Of a stretch of DNA of 64,000 nucleotides, positions 14,259 to 26,870 are shown in pieces. Each line of letters starts with the position of its first letter. Within the stretch, counting starts at the first letter, position 1. Both the position numbers and the translations under genes were made by a program. The notes under the pieces were generated by a model. That model did no database searches and was not told the origin of the DNA. It was given only the letters and a program-made list of their open reading frames with translations. This DNA comes from the human T2T-CHM13v2.0 reference genome, Homo sapiens, in the NCBI RefSeq assembly GCF_009914755.1, contig NC_060940.1; one strand, given 5' to 3'.

Positions 14259-16386
14259 GTAGGTGCACCTGCTTGTAAAATGCTTCCTGATTCTCATTTT
14301 TGTGTGATAAGCAAAAATTTCCTTGTCTCTCCCAAGACACGGGTTCTAAATAACAGGCTTCATCTTAAGACTGGTAGAGTTGAAAATATTTATCCCAGCT
14401 TATTTAGTATTGATTGAGCTGTTAAATACAGTATATCTTCTTTGGAAGTGCCGTTATAGTAGATATGGATTTTTTGATTTAGATTCAGCAATAAATACTT
14501 TTCTTCTGGAATTTGTTTGACATCATTGTACTCTTTTTATGTACAACACGAGGTCTAAGTAATAACAAAGGTCAAAAGGATGGCTGGCTGCCTTCTTAAT
14601 ATGAATACCAGGCTGTTTGCTGAGTGGCTAAAATGCTCTTTGGCTGTTGACTGGGGTGGGTGAGCAAGGAATATGTCAAGGGCGTTTTCTGGGAGAATTT
14701 GTGTTATCTATAGACCTCTTGGTTTTAGTGACATTTGTGTATATGGGAGAGGGAGACAAAATTTTAAACCTTATATTCTGTTTCCCCACTTAAAAATGAA
14801 ACTGTCTTGGTGCTCAGGCATATCGGTGTAAGAAGTATTCCCTAGATGTGCAGGGAGTGTTTGGTTATAAATGGAGCTTGGTGACATTGTTCTGCTTTCA
14901 TTGTGTCAGAGTGGACATTCTTCTTGGTATGGGGATGGCATTTTAAGAAACTTTGGGATTTCTTCCCATTTGTTTTCTTCTAAATGAATTCGTGTTTTCA
15001 GTGGATGAGATTTAGATTATGATTGGTGTATTTTTCATGTCACTAATGGAAGTTGGCAGTTTTTACTGGACAATGTGCCTTATAGCCATGTTTTCAAATT
15101 GTTATAAAAATCAGAGAAATATGCTGCTTTTAAAACCACAACAGTGGGATTTGGCGTTAGGAAACTCCTGTGCCCAAAGGTGTCTAATAAATAAGCATAA
15201 TGTATTTAACAGGCCTAATGCCTTCATACACTGCCCTGTAACTTTTCAGAGCATTTACCTAATGATAGTCTCATGATGGCAATAATTTGTAGAGTTGCTT
15301 CCATTTCACAGTTGCTGTTGGCATCAGGTTTGTGAAGTACTTGGGTAAAATAAACAACAGAATCCAGGTGCATGAAACCGAGAAAGTGAGACAAGGTTTT
15401 CTGTTTCTTTTATGCATATTTGTTTTATGCAGTATCTCAGTATGGCCCTCTCTACCCACTTTCCTCCAAGTACCTGTGCCGACATTCGTTGTGACCCTTT
15501 CCTTCATGGAACAGACTTCAAGATTTTTAAGCTTTTCTGAACTGTCTTACTGCTTTTTTCCTGTAGTCTGAATTACTGGTTCATCCTGTTAAATAATGTA
15601 TTACAACTTTAGATTTCTCTTGCTGTTTGGATGGGGACGATGGTCAGAACTAGGTCAGAGCTAGATAAAGAGAAATATGTGCCTTTGTCTCCAGGAGTCC
15701 CTGATAAATGCCTGAGAATTAAGATAATATTGAAATCTCTATTGCAAATGACACTTGCTTGGCAAGTTAAGGACGCAGTAGGTAATGAAGGACCTGTTTG
15801 CATTTTGAGGGATTATTTCCCATTTATGAGTCCATTGTCGACAGGAGTGTGGTTTAGGTTCAAGAATGGAGTCTTCCCCTCTCTGTTACATAAATGCAGG
15901 GAGTGGCTTGATATTAACATAATGGTTCATTTAGTTTAGTCCCAAGTATGGCTCCAATAGCCCCATCTCTAACATCACGAACCAGTGCTTTGTTTGTTGT
16001 TACTTTTATGGTCACTGTTCTTGCTTTTTAAATGAATTTATGTTTTGAATTGATAGATGGCACATTTGATTGGATAGAGCACACATATATAGGGTTCAAA
16101 ATTTAAATAGTACCAAAGAGAGTGCAATGGAGTTTTCCCTTCCCACGTGACTTAGGCGTCTAGTTCCCTCTGGGAGACCCCTAGTGTGATTAAGTACTGG
16201 TAGCTATCTCATCTGTAGATATTTTCTTCTGCCCTCTTCATTTTTGTTCTCTGTCTTTCCATCTCTTTCTTCTTCCTTTCCTCCCTCCCTCTTTTCCTTT
16301 CACACCTGTGTCTGTAAGAGCCCTTCCATCACCTCAAAAGAAAACTTCCCTTATTAAGGTGATTTTTTTTTTCGGGGGGGGGGGGC

Positions 16387-16393
<7 letters not shown>

Positions 16394-16418
<25 letters not shown>

Positions 16419-16700
16419 TAGAGAGAGTCTCTTTCTTTCATCATGCTGGAGTGCCGTGGCGCAATCTCAGTTCACCGCAACCTCTGACTCCCTGGTTTAA
16501 GCAATTCTCGTGCCTCAGCCTCCAGAGTCGCTGGGATTACAGGCACGCGCCACCACGCCCAGCTAATTTTTTTTGTACTTTTAGCAGAGATGGGGTTTCA
16601 CCATGTTGGCCAGGATGGTCTCGATCTCCTGACCTCGTGATCCGCCAGCCTCGGCCCCCCAAGGTGATGGGATTACAGGTGTGAGCCACTGCGCCAAACC
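16394..16700 (-). mobile_element. Alu (AluSc-like) preceded by a G12-C-G4 run
   Basis: Antisense Alu; poly-G at 16374-16390. Confidence 0.93.
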
Positions 16701-19049
16701 TGGGTGGGGGGGCATTTTTTAAGGGTTTCTGAAAGGAATTTAGAACTGGAAGGTAAATACCTGTCCATCTCAATGAAATGCATTTTCCTCAATCTCATTT
16801 TGCTTTCTTAGAAAGAGAGTGGAAGAAAATTAGAAATCTGTTTAGTTACCACATCGTTGAAGGGTAACTGTCTGCAAGCCACAATAAAAATGTGTCCTAA
16901 GTGCAGCAGTCAAAATGCATTTCCAGATTTGCTATCCAGGATGACTGGACTGTGGCCGTGTTATCATGTCGAGGGTCCTTCATTAGTGCATTCTGTTGTC
17001 AGAATTCAGGGATATAAGTGGATAGTTGTCAAATTTATTCCTTTTCCTTGGCCTCCTGGAAATAGCAGATGATTTAGAAAGATAAAGCTGCGCTTTCTGT
17101 TTTGTGCCCCATCGAGGCTGTGTAGGAATTGGCGTATCCAATACTTGGTGTTAGGATCTCCTTTCTTTTTCTCACGAAGCCTAAATTAATTTTTCCAAAA
17201 CAGACACTGTGAAGTGCTTAATATCTTGAAGATATTAAGGAGTCTTTAAAATGATCATATGATTAATTTTAGGAAATACCATGTTAAAAAAAGCTAAACA
17301 GTTTTTATTTTTTAACTGCAGGTCTTCTCATAGCCTTTAATTTGCAAAAATGAAATACAAAGAGTTGGATATAATATACAACGTTTTTCTAACTCAGCTG
17401 ACTACGCAACACTTTTGTTTATAGAACATACTCTTGAGATCATATCAGTATTATCAGTTAAGATGCTATTATCTGTGAGTTATAGACAAGCTAAGAGTTA
17501 TGGAAAAGCTAAGAGTTATTTACAAAAATAAATAACTCTCCACCTCCCAGTTCCAGGGTTGATTCAGAGGCTTTTTGGTATCAGGGCAGTGGTTTGCAAT
17601 CCCTGTGCTTCCGTTGGCCTTTCTTTCCTTCTTCCAAGATGTCTGCCATCTACCCCATATCACGTTCTCACAGGGCAGCACTCTCATCAGAAGGAAGGAG
17701 AAGAGGAGTTTCTCCTTCACACGTCTTGCATTTTACTGCAGGAAAATAATTCCCAGAATTCGTCACTGCAGTCGTTTTCTTAGATGTCATTGGCCAATCT
17801 CTACATCAATCACTGGCAAGGTGAACTGGAATCTCAGCGATTGGCTACAGCAGTTATGATTCATTTGCAGCATCAGGCACATTGTTACCTGCACAAAAGT
17901 AGGATTTACTTAAACTGGAGGAAGCAGAAAATGCACTCCAGTGTTGTTACCCAATGGAGTCTGCTACAAAAGGAATTCACAGGGGTCCACTCTGTTTGTC
18001 AGGGTGCTGGTTTCCTGTCATTAGTTTTCATTACTCTCTTTCATCCTACATGTGTGGGCTCAGCAACTTTGTGAATTCTGGTTTGTGGAATTTGACACAG
18101 ATGATTTCTCTGCCAACATTGAATCTCACAGGTCACATCTTCCATCCTAACCTATATCCTAACTTTTCTACCCATCTTGGCATTGTCTTTGTATTTTGCC
18201 TTGTGTAATTTGGACTGCACTGGATATAGTCTTTGGTCATATCCCCTCAGCATTAGGTGTGGGCAGCAGGCATGGGGCATCGTGCATTAGTAACCAGCTC
18301 AGCCCACAGATGCTGTCCATGAGCTTCCTGTCCCCTACCCTTCCCCAAAGAAGGGCATCAGCCAGTTACTCCCAACAGTAGGGTCACTCTTCTCAGAGAA
18401 CTATTGGGATTACTTACATCGCTCGGTTGTTACGCACACTACACAACAGGGAAACTTGTTCATTCCTCCGTCCCAAGGTTTGTCAATCTAGAGTAGACTG
18501 AGTGTTCTTCTGAGCTTGCAATTCACATTATTGGCTGGATTCTTCTGGGGACATGGTCAGAGGAGCTCACTATGGAATCTGTGCATTAACCACTCCTGAT
18601 CCTATAGGCTGTATTTACCAGCTTGTTCTAGCATCAGCACAGGTTATGGTGATAGTCGTACAGTGACCATATCCAATTATCAACATTTACCTCTCCAGCA
18701 TCTGCACCAACAGATGGACAAATAAACAACTAAGAGAGAAATAAAATGATCCTGGGGGCCTGTTGTTTCCCTGAACTATCTACCAGTTGAGGGAGATTGT
18801 ATGTTCATAGGGTGGGAGATTCCAAAGCCCACCTTTCTGAGCACTCATAAAATATTTGATTACAAAGGGATCTTTGTGCTTGAGTGGTAGATGTTGGTTT
18901 GGGGGCTGATTAACGAGCTTAGTTAGAAAACTACTAGGTAGCCAAATGCATGACTGCCAGATTCTGTTCTGTGGATTCAAATACTGATCTGCAATATGGC
19001 AATGTGACTCTATAGTCAGCATACTAGGAAGGGTGGTTAGGGCTGGTGA

Positions 19050-19240
19050 AGCACTGGTATGGACTTAGGTTCAGATCCCACTTCTAAATGCTCCTTAGTG
19101 TCTCAAAGCTTTACTTTACCTATACGTAAAATAAGAATAGCTTTCTCATAGGATTGGTGACTGGATAAAACAACTTCGTTAAAGCACTGAAAAAAAAAAA
19201 AAAATGCAGGCCTGATACTCAACAAGGTGAGCTACTGTTA
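19050..19240 (+). mobile_element. MIR
   Basis: GGTTCAGATCCCACTTCT...GTAAAATAAGAATA...CTCATAGGATTG. Confidence 0.55.
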
Positions 19241-19409
19241 ATACAGTGTTATTCCCAATAATTATTTCACTTCTCTTCCTCCTAGAAATACCAGGCATGA
19301 GAATACAGAGAACACATATCTACTGCCACCAAACTCCCCACAAGGAAAGACAACATAAAGGGCAGGCTCTGTATTTGATTTCATGGTGAAGTATTTAGGA
19401 GATAACTCC

Positions 19410-19870
19410 CTCTCAGTTAAGGTTGTTTGGAATGCAAACAATAGAGACAGATTCCAGCTATCTTAAGCAGAAAAGGCATGCAACCAGGCCTCCCAGGAAT
19501 CAGAGCTTAGAATGGGAAAGCTGCCTGAACTCAACGTATGTCTTGCTCATCTCCTGTCTTTGTTTCTGTTTATGGGTCCACTCTGGATTTTTCTTTTGAT
19601 AAAGACTCCCTCTACCTTTATGCACACATCACACCTTCTAGCCCCTAAGATGTATGTTGCATCGCTTTCCACCGGTATAGGGACTAACCATCAGTGCATC
19701 CTCGTTACAAATTCCTGGAAAAGGAGCCTGATTGGCTTAGTCTGGATCAGTTGTTCACTCTGGGCCAGTTGGATCTGTCCAGGGAAGTGGTATGAAGCAA
19801 CACAGTTGCCCAGGGCCAACTCTTGAGGGAAGACTTCATTACTGGGGAAAAGGAGCCATTGCTAGCTGAG
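19410..19870. mobile_element. MLT1 (ERVL-MaLR) LTR remnant
   Basis: TGCAAACAATAGAGAC...CTTAAGCAGAAAAGG and TGATTGGCTTAGTCTGGATCA resemble MLT1J/K. Confidence 0.5.
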
Positions 19871-19887
19871 TAAATAACACCATAGAT

Positions 19888-20233
<346 letters not shown>

Positions 20234-20579
20234 TCAGCTGAACAAAGGATCCTGGAAAATACATGTGCTACCACCAACTGCTAGCTCTGTATTTCTCAAA
20301 ATATAGGACACCTACCGCACGTCTTACTCACAGCTTTCAGGCGAACACTAACTCATTAAGAAAGGGGGAATCACTTAGAAAGTTACTCCCCTTTCCATTG
20401 TCTCTCTGTGGTTTTTATGCCAATCAGAAATGCTCAGTTTAAACTAAAGTATCTTTAGCAGGGCTGTAACACTTTCTAAGCTTTCTTTTTTAAGGGAAAG
20501 GGAGTGTGCCTCAGGATGAGAGCCTCCAGCCCCAGAGCATCTCTTTGCACTTTGAAAACATTGTTTGCAAAATACACTA

Positions 20580-20870
20580 TTAAGAATCAGGGGCCTGGAG
20601 CTACGCCTACTGAGATAAAATCTAGACTTTGCAACTTAGCACTTTGTAGCCTTGTACATGTTACTTCAATCCTCTCTATGTCAAATTCCTCACCTGTATA
20701 GTGGAGATAATCATTGCACAGATTTCATAAGTTTGTGTGTGTGTGTGTGTGCATGCGCATGTGTCTTCGTGTTTGTATTTTTGCATGCAAAAAAAGATTA
20801 AACTAATTAATGCATATGAGGTTGTTAGAAAAGTGTCTGGAATAAAAAAGGTTCTTAATTATTGTTGGAT
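20580..20870 (+). mobile_element. MIR with internal (TG)n
   Basis: TTCCTCACCTGTATAGTGGAGATAAT core; (TG)n at 20734-20751. Confidence 0.6.
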
Positions 20871-21534
20871 ATTAATGGATTTTTTTCATTAACTTTTATG
20901 TGTGACTGTTGATATTGGTTTTTCATTTACCGTGGCAATACAAAGTTTCCTTGGCACACATCGTATTTTATGTTCCATTTATTGTTCCACTTATTTAAGT
21001 TAAAAATGGGTTGCTTTAAAGATAAATATTAACTTCATAATGTTACATATTGCCCGCAGTTATGACAAAGATTGTGATACTGGAATGCAAATGACTGAGT
21101 TTTTTAGAAATACTGAAATCATGGTACCCGCCTTGTGAAAGAGGTTGTAGAGCAGATCTGCATTATCAATATTTAATTTGCCAGTTACAAGCGAGTTTCT
21201 CATTTCTGCTAGATATGAGAGTGATGTGGATTGCATAATGAAAATTGCTAATGATCTTCTTGGCTTAAACCCATCGCCTTCATCTGGACATCAGATAATG
21301 AAACTTCCCAACTGCCTTGCAATTGAGCTATCAGAATCAGAGATACCTTCTCCCGCTGTGTCTCACCCCTCTCCACTTTTTAAAGCCCAGCTTTTCATTC
21401 CTTAGTGGCTCTTACGATAGCACGGAAGAAAATGTAAGCCCCCCTTCTCCCCACCCCTTGGTGAGACCTCACAGGATCCATGAGTTCTTCCTGACTATAA
21501 TTTTAGGATGGTTCGTTGTAGAAATGCCTGCTTC

Positions 21535-21790
21535 TGTTCAGTTATTTATTCAAGAAATATTTTTTGAGCAGAAACCGTATGCCAATCACTGTGCTAGGCA
21601 GTAGAGGTATAATAATATACTAAAACTTGCACCACTCTTATTCTCTTATACCTCACAGCCTAGTGGAAAAGACATGCATTTGTCAAATAATCATTGACAA
21701 CCATTGGCAAAAAATGTTCAATGTGAAACTGATGAATATGAGAAACAAGAGATGCTGTGTAAAAGGGTATGAATAGAAGAAGCTTACCTG
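21535..21790 (-). mobile_element. L2 fragment
   Basis: TTATTCAAGAAATATTTTTTGAGCA...CACTGTGCTAGGCA. Confidence 0.6.
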
Positions 21791-21794
21791 ATTG

Positions 21795-22670
21795 ACCTTC
21801 ACTTATCAAACGTACCAGATTAATACATACTGTCCCATCTCTTTATAAAGCATATTGGCAGATGTGCACAGCATCCTATGTAGTGACTGTTTGGTACAAA
21901 TTTACCTTTCTCTTCACCCGTTGCAGTGTCTGCTTGCCAAGAGTCAGTTGTATTTGTTCCCAGGGCTGCTTCTGCCAGCTGCACTTTTCATTGTAATTAC
22001 ATTAGTTAGTGGAATATTATGTAAACTGATGAAAAATGAGTGCAGTAAGAAAAAGAGCTGTTTCTATGAAAACTAAATGCTTTGGAAACATTGTATGAAA
22101 ACACGATTCAAAAATTATTTTGCTTAGCTGTGGGTGAGAAGACTGTAAAATATTAGTGGAAAAAAGCCCTCAGAAATGTGGAAAGATTCTGCAGTCAGAT
22201 TCTTTTCAATGTGTCTTGACATTCTCATTCCACTTTAATCAAACCCAGAATTGATACCATAGAGTTAACAAACTTTAAACTTTTTCTGAAAAAAGCCAGA
22301 TTGTGACTATTTTAGGACCTGAAGGCCATAGGGTCTCCATTGCCCCCACTCGACACTGCCATAATAGCACAAAAGCAGCCATAGATAAAATGAATGATTG
22401 AGGCTATGTCTCAATAAAACTTTATTTACAAGAACAGGCAGTGGGCCATAGTTAGCCAACCCCTGCTGGTGACTGAAATGTTAGTGAGGTGTATGTGGGA
22501 AGGTTAATGAGGGATTTTTATCAACAGAGAAATCATTCAAAGAAAAGGCCTTAGACTCACATCAAAGATCAATAAATGCATGCACGTTCATATGTTTTAC
22601 ATTAAAACAAAAGCCTGAAGTTATTTCTATATCACTTTAAAAGTGATTTCTTGCTTTAAAGGCTTCCAGT
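21795..22670 (+). mobile_element. TcMar-Tigger remnant with a degenerate transposase N-terminus
   Basis: ATGAGTGCAGTAAGAAAAAGAGCTGTTTCTATGAAAACTAAA (MSAVRKRAVSMKTK), GGTGAGAAGACTGTAAAA (GEKTVK) and GAAAAGGCCTTA (EKAL) resemble a Tigger/CENP-B-type HTH region. Confidence 0.55.
22261..22465 (-). mobile_element. MER58A-like element nested in the Tigger remnant
   Basis: AAAGCAGCCATAGA...CAATAAAACTTTATTTACAA...GGGCCATAGTTAGCCAACCCCTG. Confidence 0.8.
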
Positions 22671-24196
22671 TAAATACCTTCTGCCATTCTCAAATGAAAT
22701 GGCTTTTAAAGAACAGAATAGCTACAATTAGGGCTGGAAACACAAAATAAAATTATGCTTATTTTTATGTTCCAACCCTAATGACTCAGAACCCCATCTG
22801 TCTATAATGGAAGAACAAATTTATCCTTTTTTATTGGATCCCCCAGCAAGTAATTTCTGGGACTCCCCAAGGAGGGTGACATTTCCACGTATACATCCTG
22901 GTGCTTGTCCTATGCAAATTGTTGTTCGGCTGTTCCAGAATTCTCCCCTCACTTAAGAAAAGTCTGGTAAGTTCCCTCTCTGGATTGTTCTGTCCTCAAA
23001 AGCATTCCTCTGTAAGCATGAATACCATTCTTTGCATTAACTTTCCAAATGATCAGCTAAAGCCAGACTTCAGTGATTAGCTCAGGGGTTAGCAGAAATC
23101 CCAGGTAGGTGGTGACTTACAGAGAACCCTCAGGATTCAGGCCTGAGATCTTCATGGTTGATGAGATTTCATGTATGTTCTCCTGTGTGTGTGTGTGTGT
23201 ACGTGCACGTGCACACATACAAGGAAAAAACTGGCAGAAGTTTGCTTGCTTTAATCTTACATAACGAATGGTCCCAACTTTGTGATTTTCTCCAAGCAAA
23301 GGGAGTTTGCCCCAAAGTAATTAGTTCTCTACTTCTAGAAGCTGCAGGAACTCAGGCAAATGATCCCCAGGGGCAGCTTCTCTAGTAAAATAAGAAACTC
23401 ATAAGTACATTTAAAATGTTTTTTAAAATGTTTTTTAAATGTCATCTTCACAAGACCTGTTCCATACAGAGCTTGTATGTTCTCCAGTCTTTGCAAGAAC
23501 ATTAATTGATGAACGCAAGGAAATCAACTTCTTGATTGATTCTGATCAAGAAATCAGCCAACTAGTCACAGATTTTAATTTCTCCAACTTCATTGTGAAA
23601 TATGATTAAATAAAGAAGTGTACAGGTGTCCACTTTTCTTCATTTTTGATGCTGAATCTTATAATTCACATATATGTTAATTAATTCTTTGAGTCTCCCC
23701 AGGCATTTGAACACTTTATTTGGAGAAGACTCAAAAAAAAGTTCACACATTTAGGATATTTGGCCTAATATTCATTCTCCCTTTCCCTTGCTTTAATTTA
23801 GCCTATTATCCCCAGTCCTCATGCCCCTTTCCAGGGAAAATCTATTCCCATTTCTTGCTTTATCATTAAATCTGTATCAAACAGCTCCAAGCAAATCGCT
23901 AATAATGCTGACATTTTAATTTGTCATAGCTACTCTTCATTTCTATGACTGATGCCTCAGCAAGGACTTGTCTTCCTGCTCTGTTCCTTTGAGGTCTAAA
24001 TACCATTTCAGGAGAAAAAAAAATACGTGATAGGCAAGGGAAATAGGGCAGGAAGCAAATAAATAGGGCATCTCTAGTTCCCTCCAGTTGGGGGTAGGAA
24101 GGGGCAAGTTTCAGTGGGAATGAGTAAGGAGCAAGAAACTCTCCTTTCCTGATGATGCAGACAAACCTGAGATGGTCCCAGGAAAAATGGCAACGA

Positions 24197-24510
24197 GGCC
24201 GGGTGTGGTGGCTCACACCTGTAATCCCAGCACTTTGGGAGGCTGAGGTGGGCTGATCAGCAGGTCAGGAGATCGAGACTATCCTGGCTAACACGGTGAA
24301 ACCCCATCTCTACTAAAAACACACAAAAAATTAGCTGGGCATGGTGGCGGGTGCCTGCAGTTCCAGCTACTCAGGAGGCTGAGGCAGGAGAATGCCGTGA
24401 ACCGAGATCATGAGGTTGCAGTGAGCCGAGATCATGCCACTGCACTCCAGTCTGAGAGACAGAGTGAGACTCCATCTCAAAAAAAAAAAAAAAAAAAAAG
24501 AAAAGAAAAA
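24197..24510 (+). mobile_element. Alu (AluY/Sc-like)
   Basis: Sense Alu with GGCTAACACGGTG; TSD GGAAAAATGG(C/T)AA(C/T)GA. Confidence 0.95.
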
Positions 24511-25050
24511 AGGAAAAATGGTAATGAGATATAAAAGCTTTCTGTCTTCCTTCATGGCCATAGTTAAACCTTATTTACCCTGTGCTTGTATGTGGATGAA
24601 TCATGGGTACAGCAAGCATGTGCTTCCTTGTTGTCTGCAGTATATGCTTCCTTGTTGTCTGCATCCAACAGACATTTCTGCCTATGGTAGCTAGTACTTT
24701 ATTATTCTATTTGGGTTAAATTTCCTCTTTCACGTGTGCAGTCTTGGAGAGAGGATAAATCACAACACCTGTCCCTAGCCAACAGATGTGGATATGGCCA
24801 AGGCAGGACAGTTGAATTCTTTCTCCTGAGACTCTGAATATTGAGTAGGGTAATGCTAAATATGGTGAAGAAAACAAGCATGATTGAAAACCTGGAGTTC
24901 ATTCATTTCGGTAGTGATATTCTGGTGAAATTGAGTGAAGAGACGGTTCCCAGGGCTAGACCTCAGATTCACCCTGATTCCTGCCTTTATGTTTAACCCT
25001 GGTTATCCATCTATCCGTCCCTTAAGCTACCTCATCTCATTCAAATGATC

Positions 25051-25054
<4 letters not shown>

Positions 25055-25092
<38 letters not shown>
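25055..25092. repeat. Poly-T tract (about 38 nt) inside an MLT1-like LTR end
   Basis: Direct reading; the flank GAAGTTAGTCAGA...CCCTACTGATACA resembles an MLT1 terminus. Confidence 0.85.
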
Positions 25093-25096
<4 letters not shown>

Positions 25097-25609
25097 AAGT
25101 TAGTCAGACCTATTCCTTTTTTCTGTGATCGAAGAATCCCTACTGATACACTGGGGAAATGTGCTAAACTTGGAGAACTGCAGAGCCAAGAGTTTGGTTA
25201 AAGGTTTGCTAAAAGCCAACTCTTCATCATACCCTGCAATGCCTCCCTGATGCCTCTGTGAATCGGCGCTGACTTTATGTATTGACAGCTAAGAGAAAGG
25301 AGCTCTTGGTTTAGGGCACACGCAGGGCTAGATGCTTACCTGAATTTGTACATCTTTTTGGGTCAGTTCTCAGTCATCAAGAGCAGGTAGGCACAGGAAG
25401 AGAGGTCTGTGCTTCAGGGTCTTTGGAACTCTGTCCTTCCCTGTAGGAGTAAGATATTCCCCCCAACCCCAGGGGACCACCCCCGTGCCCACAGATAAAG
25501 GATCTGTATCAGTATCAAAGATATATCAGTATCAGAGGAACTTGTGATGTTACGGGATCATCACATGTCTCTCTGCCAACTTCTTCCTTCTCAGAGTACC
25601 CTTCAAAGG

Positions 25610-25740
25610 CCACTGAGAATGTTTATAACAAGTGCCATTTCCTCAGCTCTACCCCAGACCTACTGGATCAGATTCTGGAGATGGACCCAAGGGACTATTT
25701 TTAAGCCATTTCTCAAGTGGGAATGAGAGTTGAGAATAGT
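25610..25740. mobile_element. MER5A-like DNA transposon
   Basis: CTACCCCAGACCTACTGGATCAGATTCTGG. Confidence 0.65.
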
Positions 25741-25796
25741 ACTTTTCAAATTTAGCTGGTAAAATGTTTTGATGTCTCAGCCTTATCCTAGGAATG

Positions 25797-26150
25797 CTAT
25801 TGGCCCTTCATATCTGTAGGTTTCATATTTGCAGATTCAACCAACTGTGCTTCAAATATATTTAGGGGGAAAAAAAACCCAACACACACCTGGGTCTGCA
25901 CGGAACATGTGCAGACTTTTTGTCATCATTCCCTAAACATTCTGGATAATAACTGCTTACATAGCATTCGCATTGCATCAGGTATTCAAGTAATATAGAG
26001 ATGTTTTAAAGTATGTGGGTGGATGTGCATAGGTTATATGCAAATATCACTCCATTTTATATCAGAGACCTCATTTTATATCAGCATCCATGGACTTTGG
26101 TATTCGCAGGAAGTCTTGACACCAAGGTCCATGGATATGGAGGAACAACT
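25797..26150. mobile_element. MER2 (TcMar-Tigger)
   Basis: GATTCAACCAAC...TCATTCCCTAAACA...AGGTTATATGCAAAT...CCATTTTATATCAG...GGAACAACTATA matches the remembered MER2 consensus end to end. Confidence 0.85.
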
Positions 26151-26164
26151 ATACTAAATTATCA

Positions 26165-26870
26165 TGTTATATGGGCTGAGTTGTGTCCTGACAAAAGTCA
26201 TACATGGAAGTTCTAGCCTCTAGTAACTCAGAATGTGACTGTACTTGAAGCTAAGGTCTTTAAAAAGATAAGTAAGATAAAATGAGTCCATAAGCGTGGG
26301 CCCTAATCCAGTATGACTGGTGTTCTTTTTTTTTTTTTTTTTTTTTTTCTGAGGTGGAGTCTCACTATGTGGCCTAGGCTGGAGTGCAGTGGCGTGATCT
26401 CTGCTCACTGCAACTTCCGCCTCCCAGGTTCAAGTAATTGTCTTGCCTCAGCCTCCTGAGTAGCTGGGCCTACAGGCACCCGCCACCATACCCAGCTAAT
26501 TTTTGTATTTTTAGTAGAGATGGGGTTTCACCATGTTGCCCAGGCTGGTCTTGAACCCCTGACCTCAGGTGAGCTGCCTGCCTCAGCCTCCCAAAGTGTT
26601 GGGTTTACAGGTGTGAGCCACCATGCCTGGCTGGGTGGTGTTCTTATAAGAAGAGGAGATTAGGACATAGACACGCACAAAGGGCAAACTACATGACCCA
26701 AAGGGAGATGATCACCTACCAGTCAAAGGAGGATGATCTGAGAAGAAACCAACCCCCCTGACACCTGAGTCGCAGACTTCTGGCCTCCAGCACTGTGGGG
26801 AAGTAAATTTCTGTTGTTTGATTTCCCTGGTCCACGGTACTTTGTTACGGTAGCCCTAGCAAACGCACAT
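26165..26870 (+). mobile_element. MLT1B-like MaLR LTR split by an Alu
   Basis: TGGGCTGAGTTGTGTCC...CTCAGAATGTGACTGTA...GGGCCCTAATCCAGTATGACTGGTGTTCTT[Alu]ATAAGAAGAGGA...AGCCCTAGCAAAC. Confidence 0.85.
26326..26632 (-). mobile_element. Alu (AluSx-like)
   Basis: Antisense Alu; TSD TGGTGTTCTT. Confidence 0.95.

Noticed and set aside
14259-14417. Continuation of the 61-aa ORF after MNCEREQLR
   Set aside because: It reads through the splice donor into the intron; only the first 9 codons are RBFOX1.
13580-15380. RBFOX autoregulatory TGCATG sites around the known exon
   Set aside because: Only isolated copies about 630 nt upstream and about 1.1 kb downstream; no cluster above chance.
24621-24663. 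19-nt direct repeat TGCTTCCTTGTTGTCTGCA (also AAGCTAAGAGTTAT twice at about 17488)
   Set aside because: Ordinary two-copy slippage duplications, not an array.
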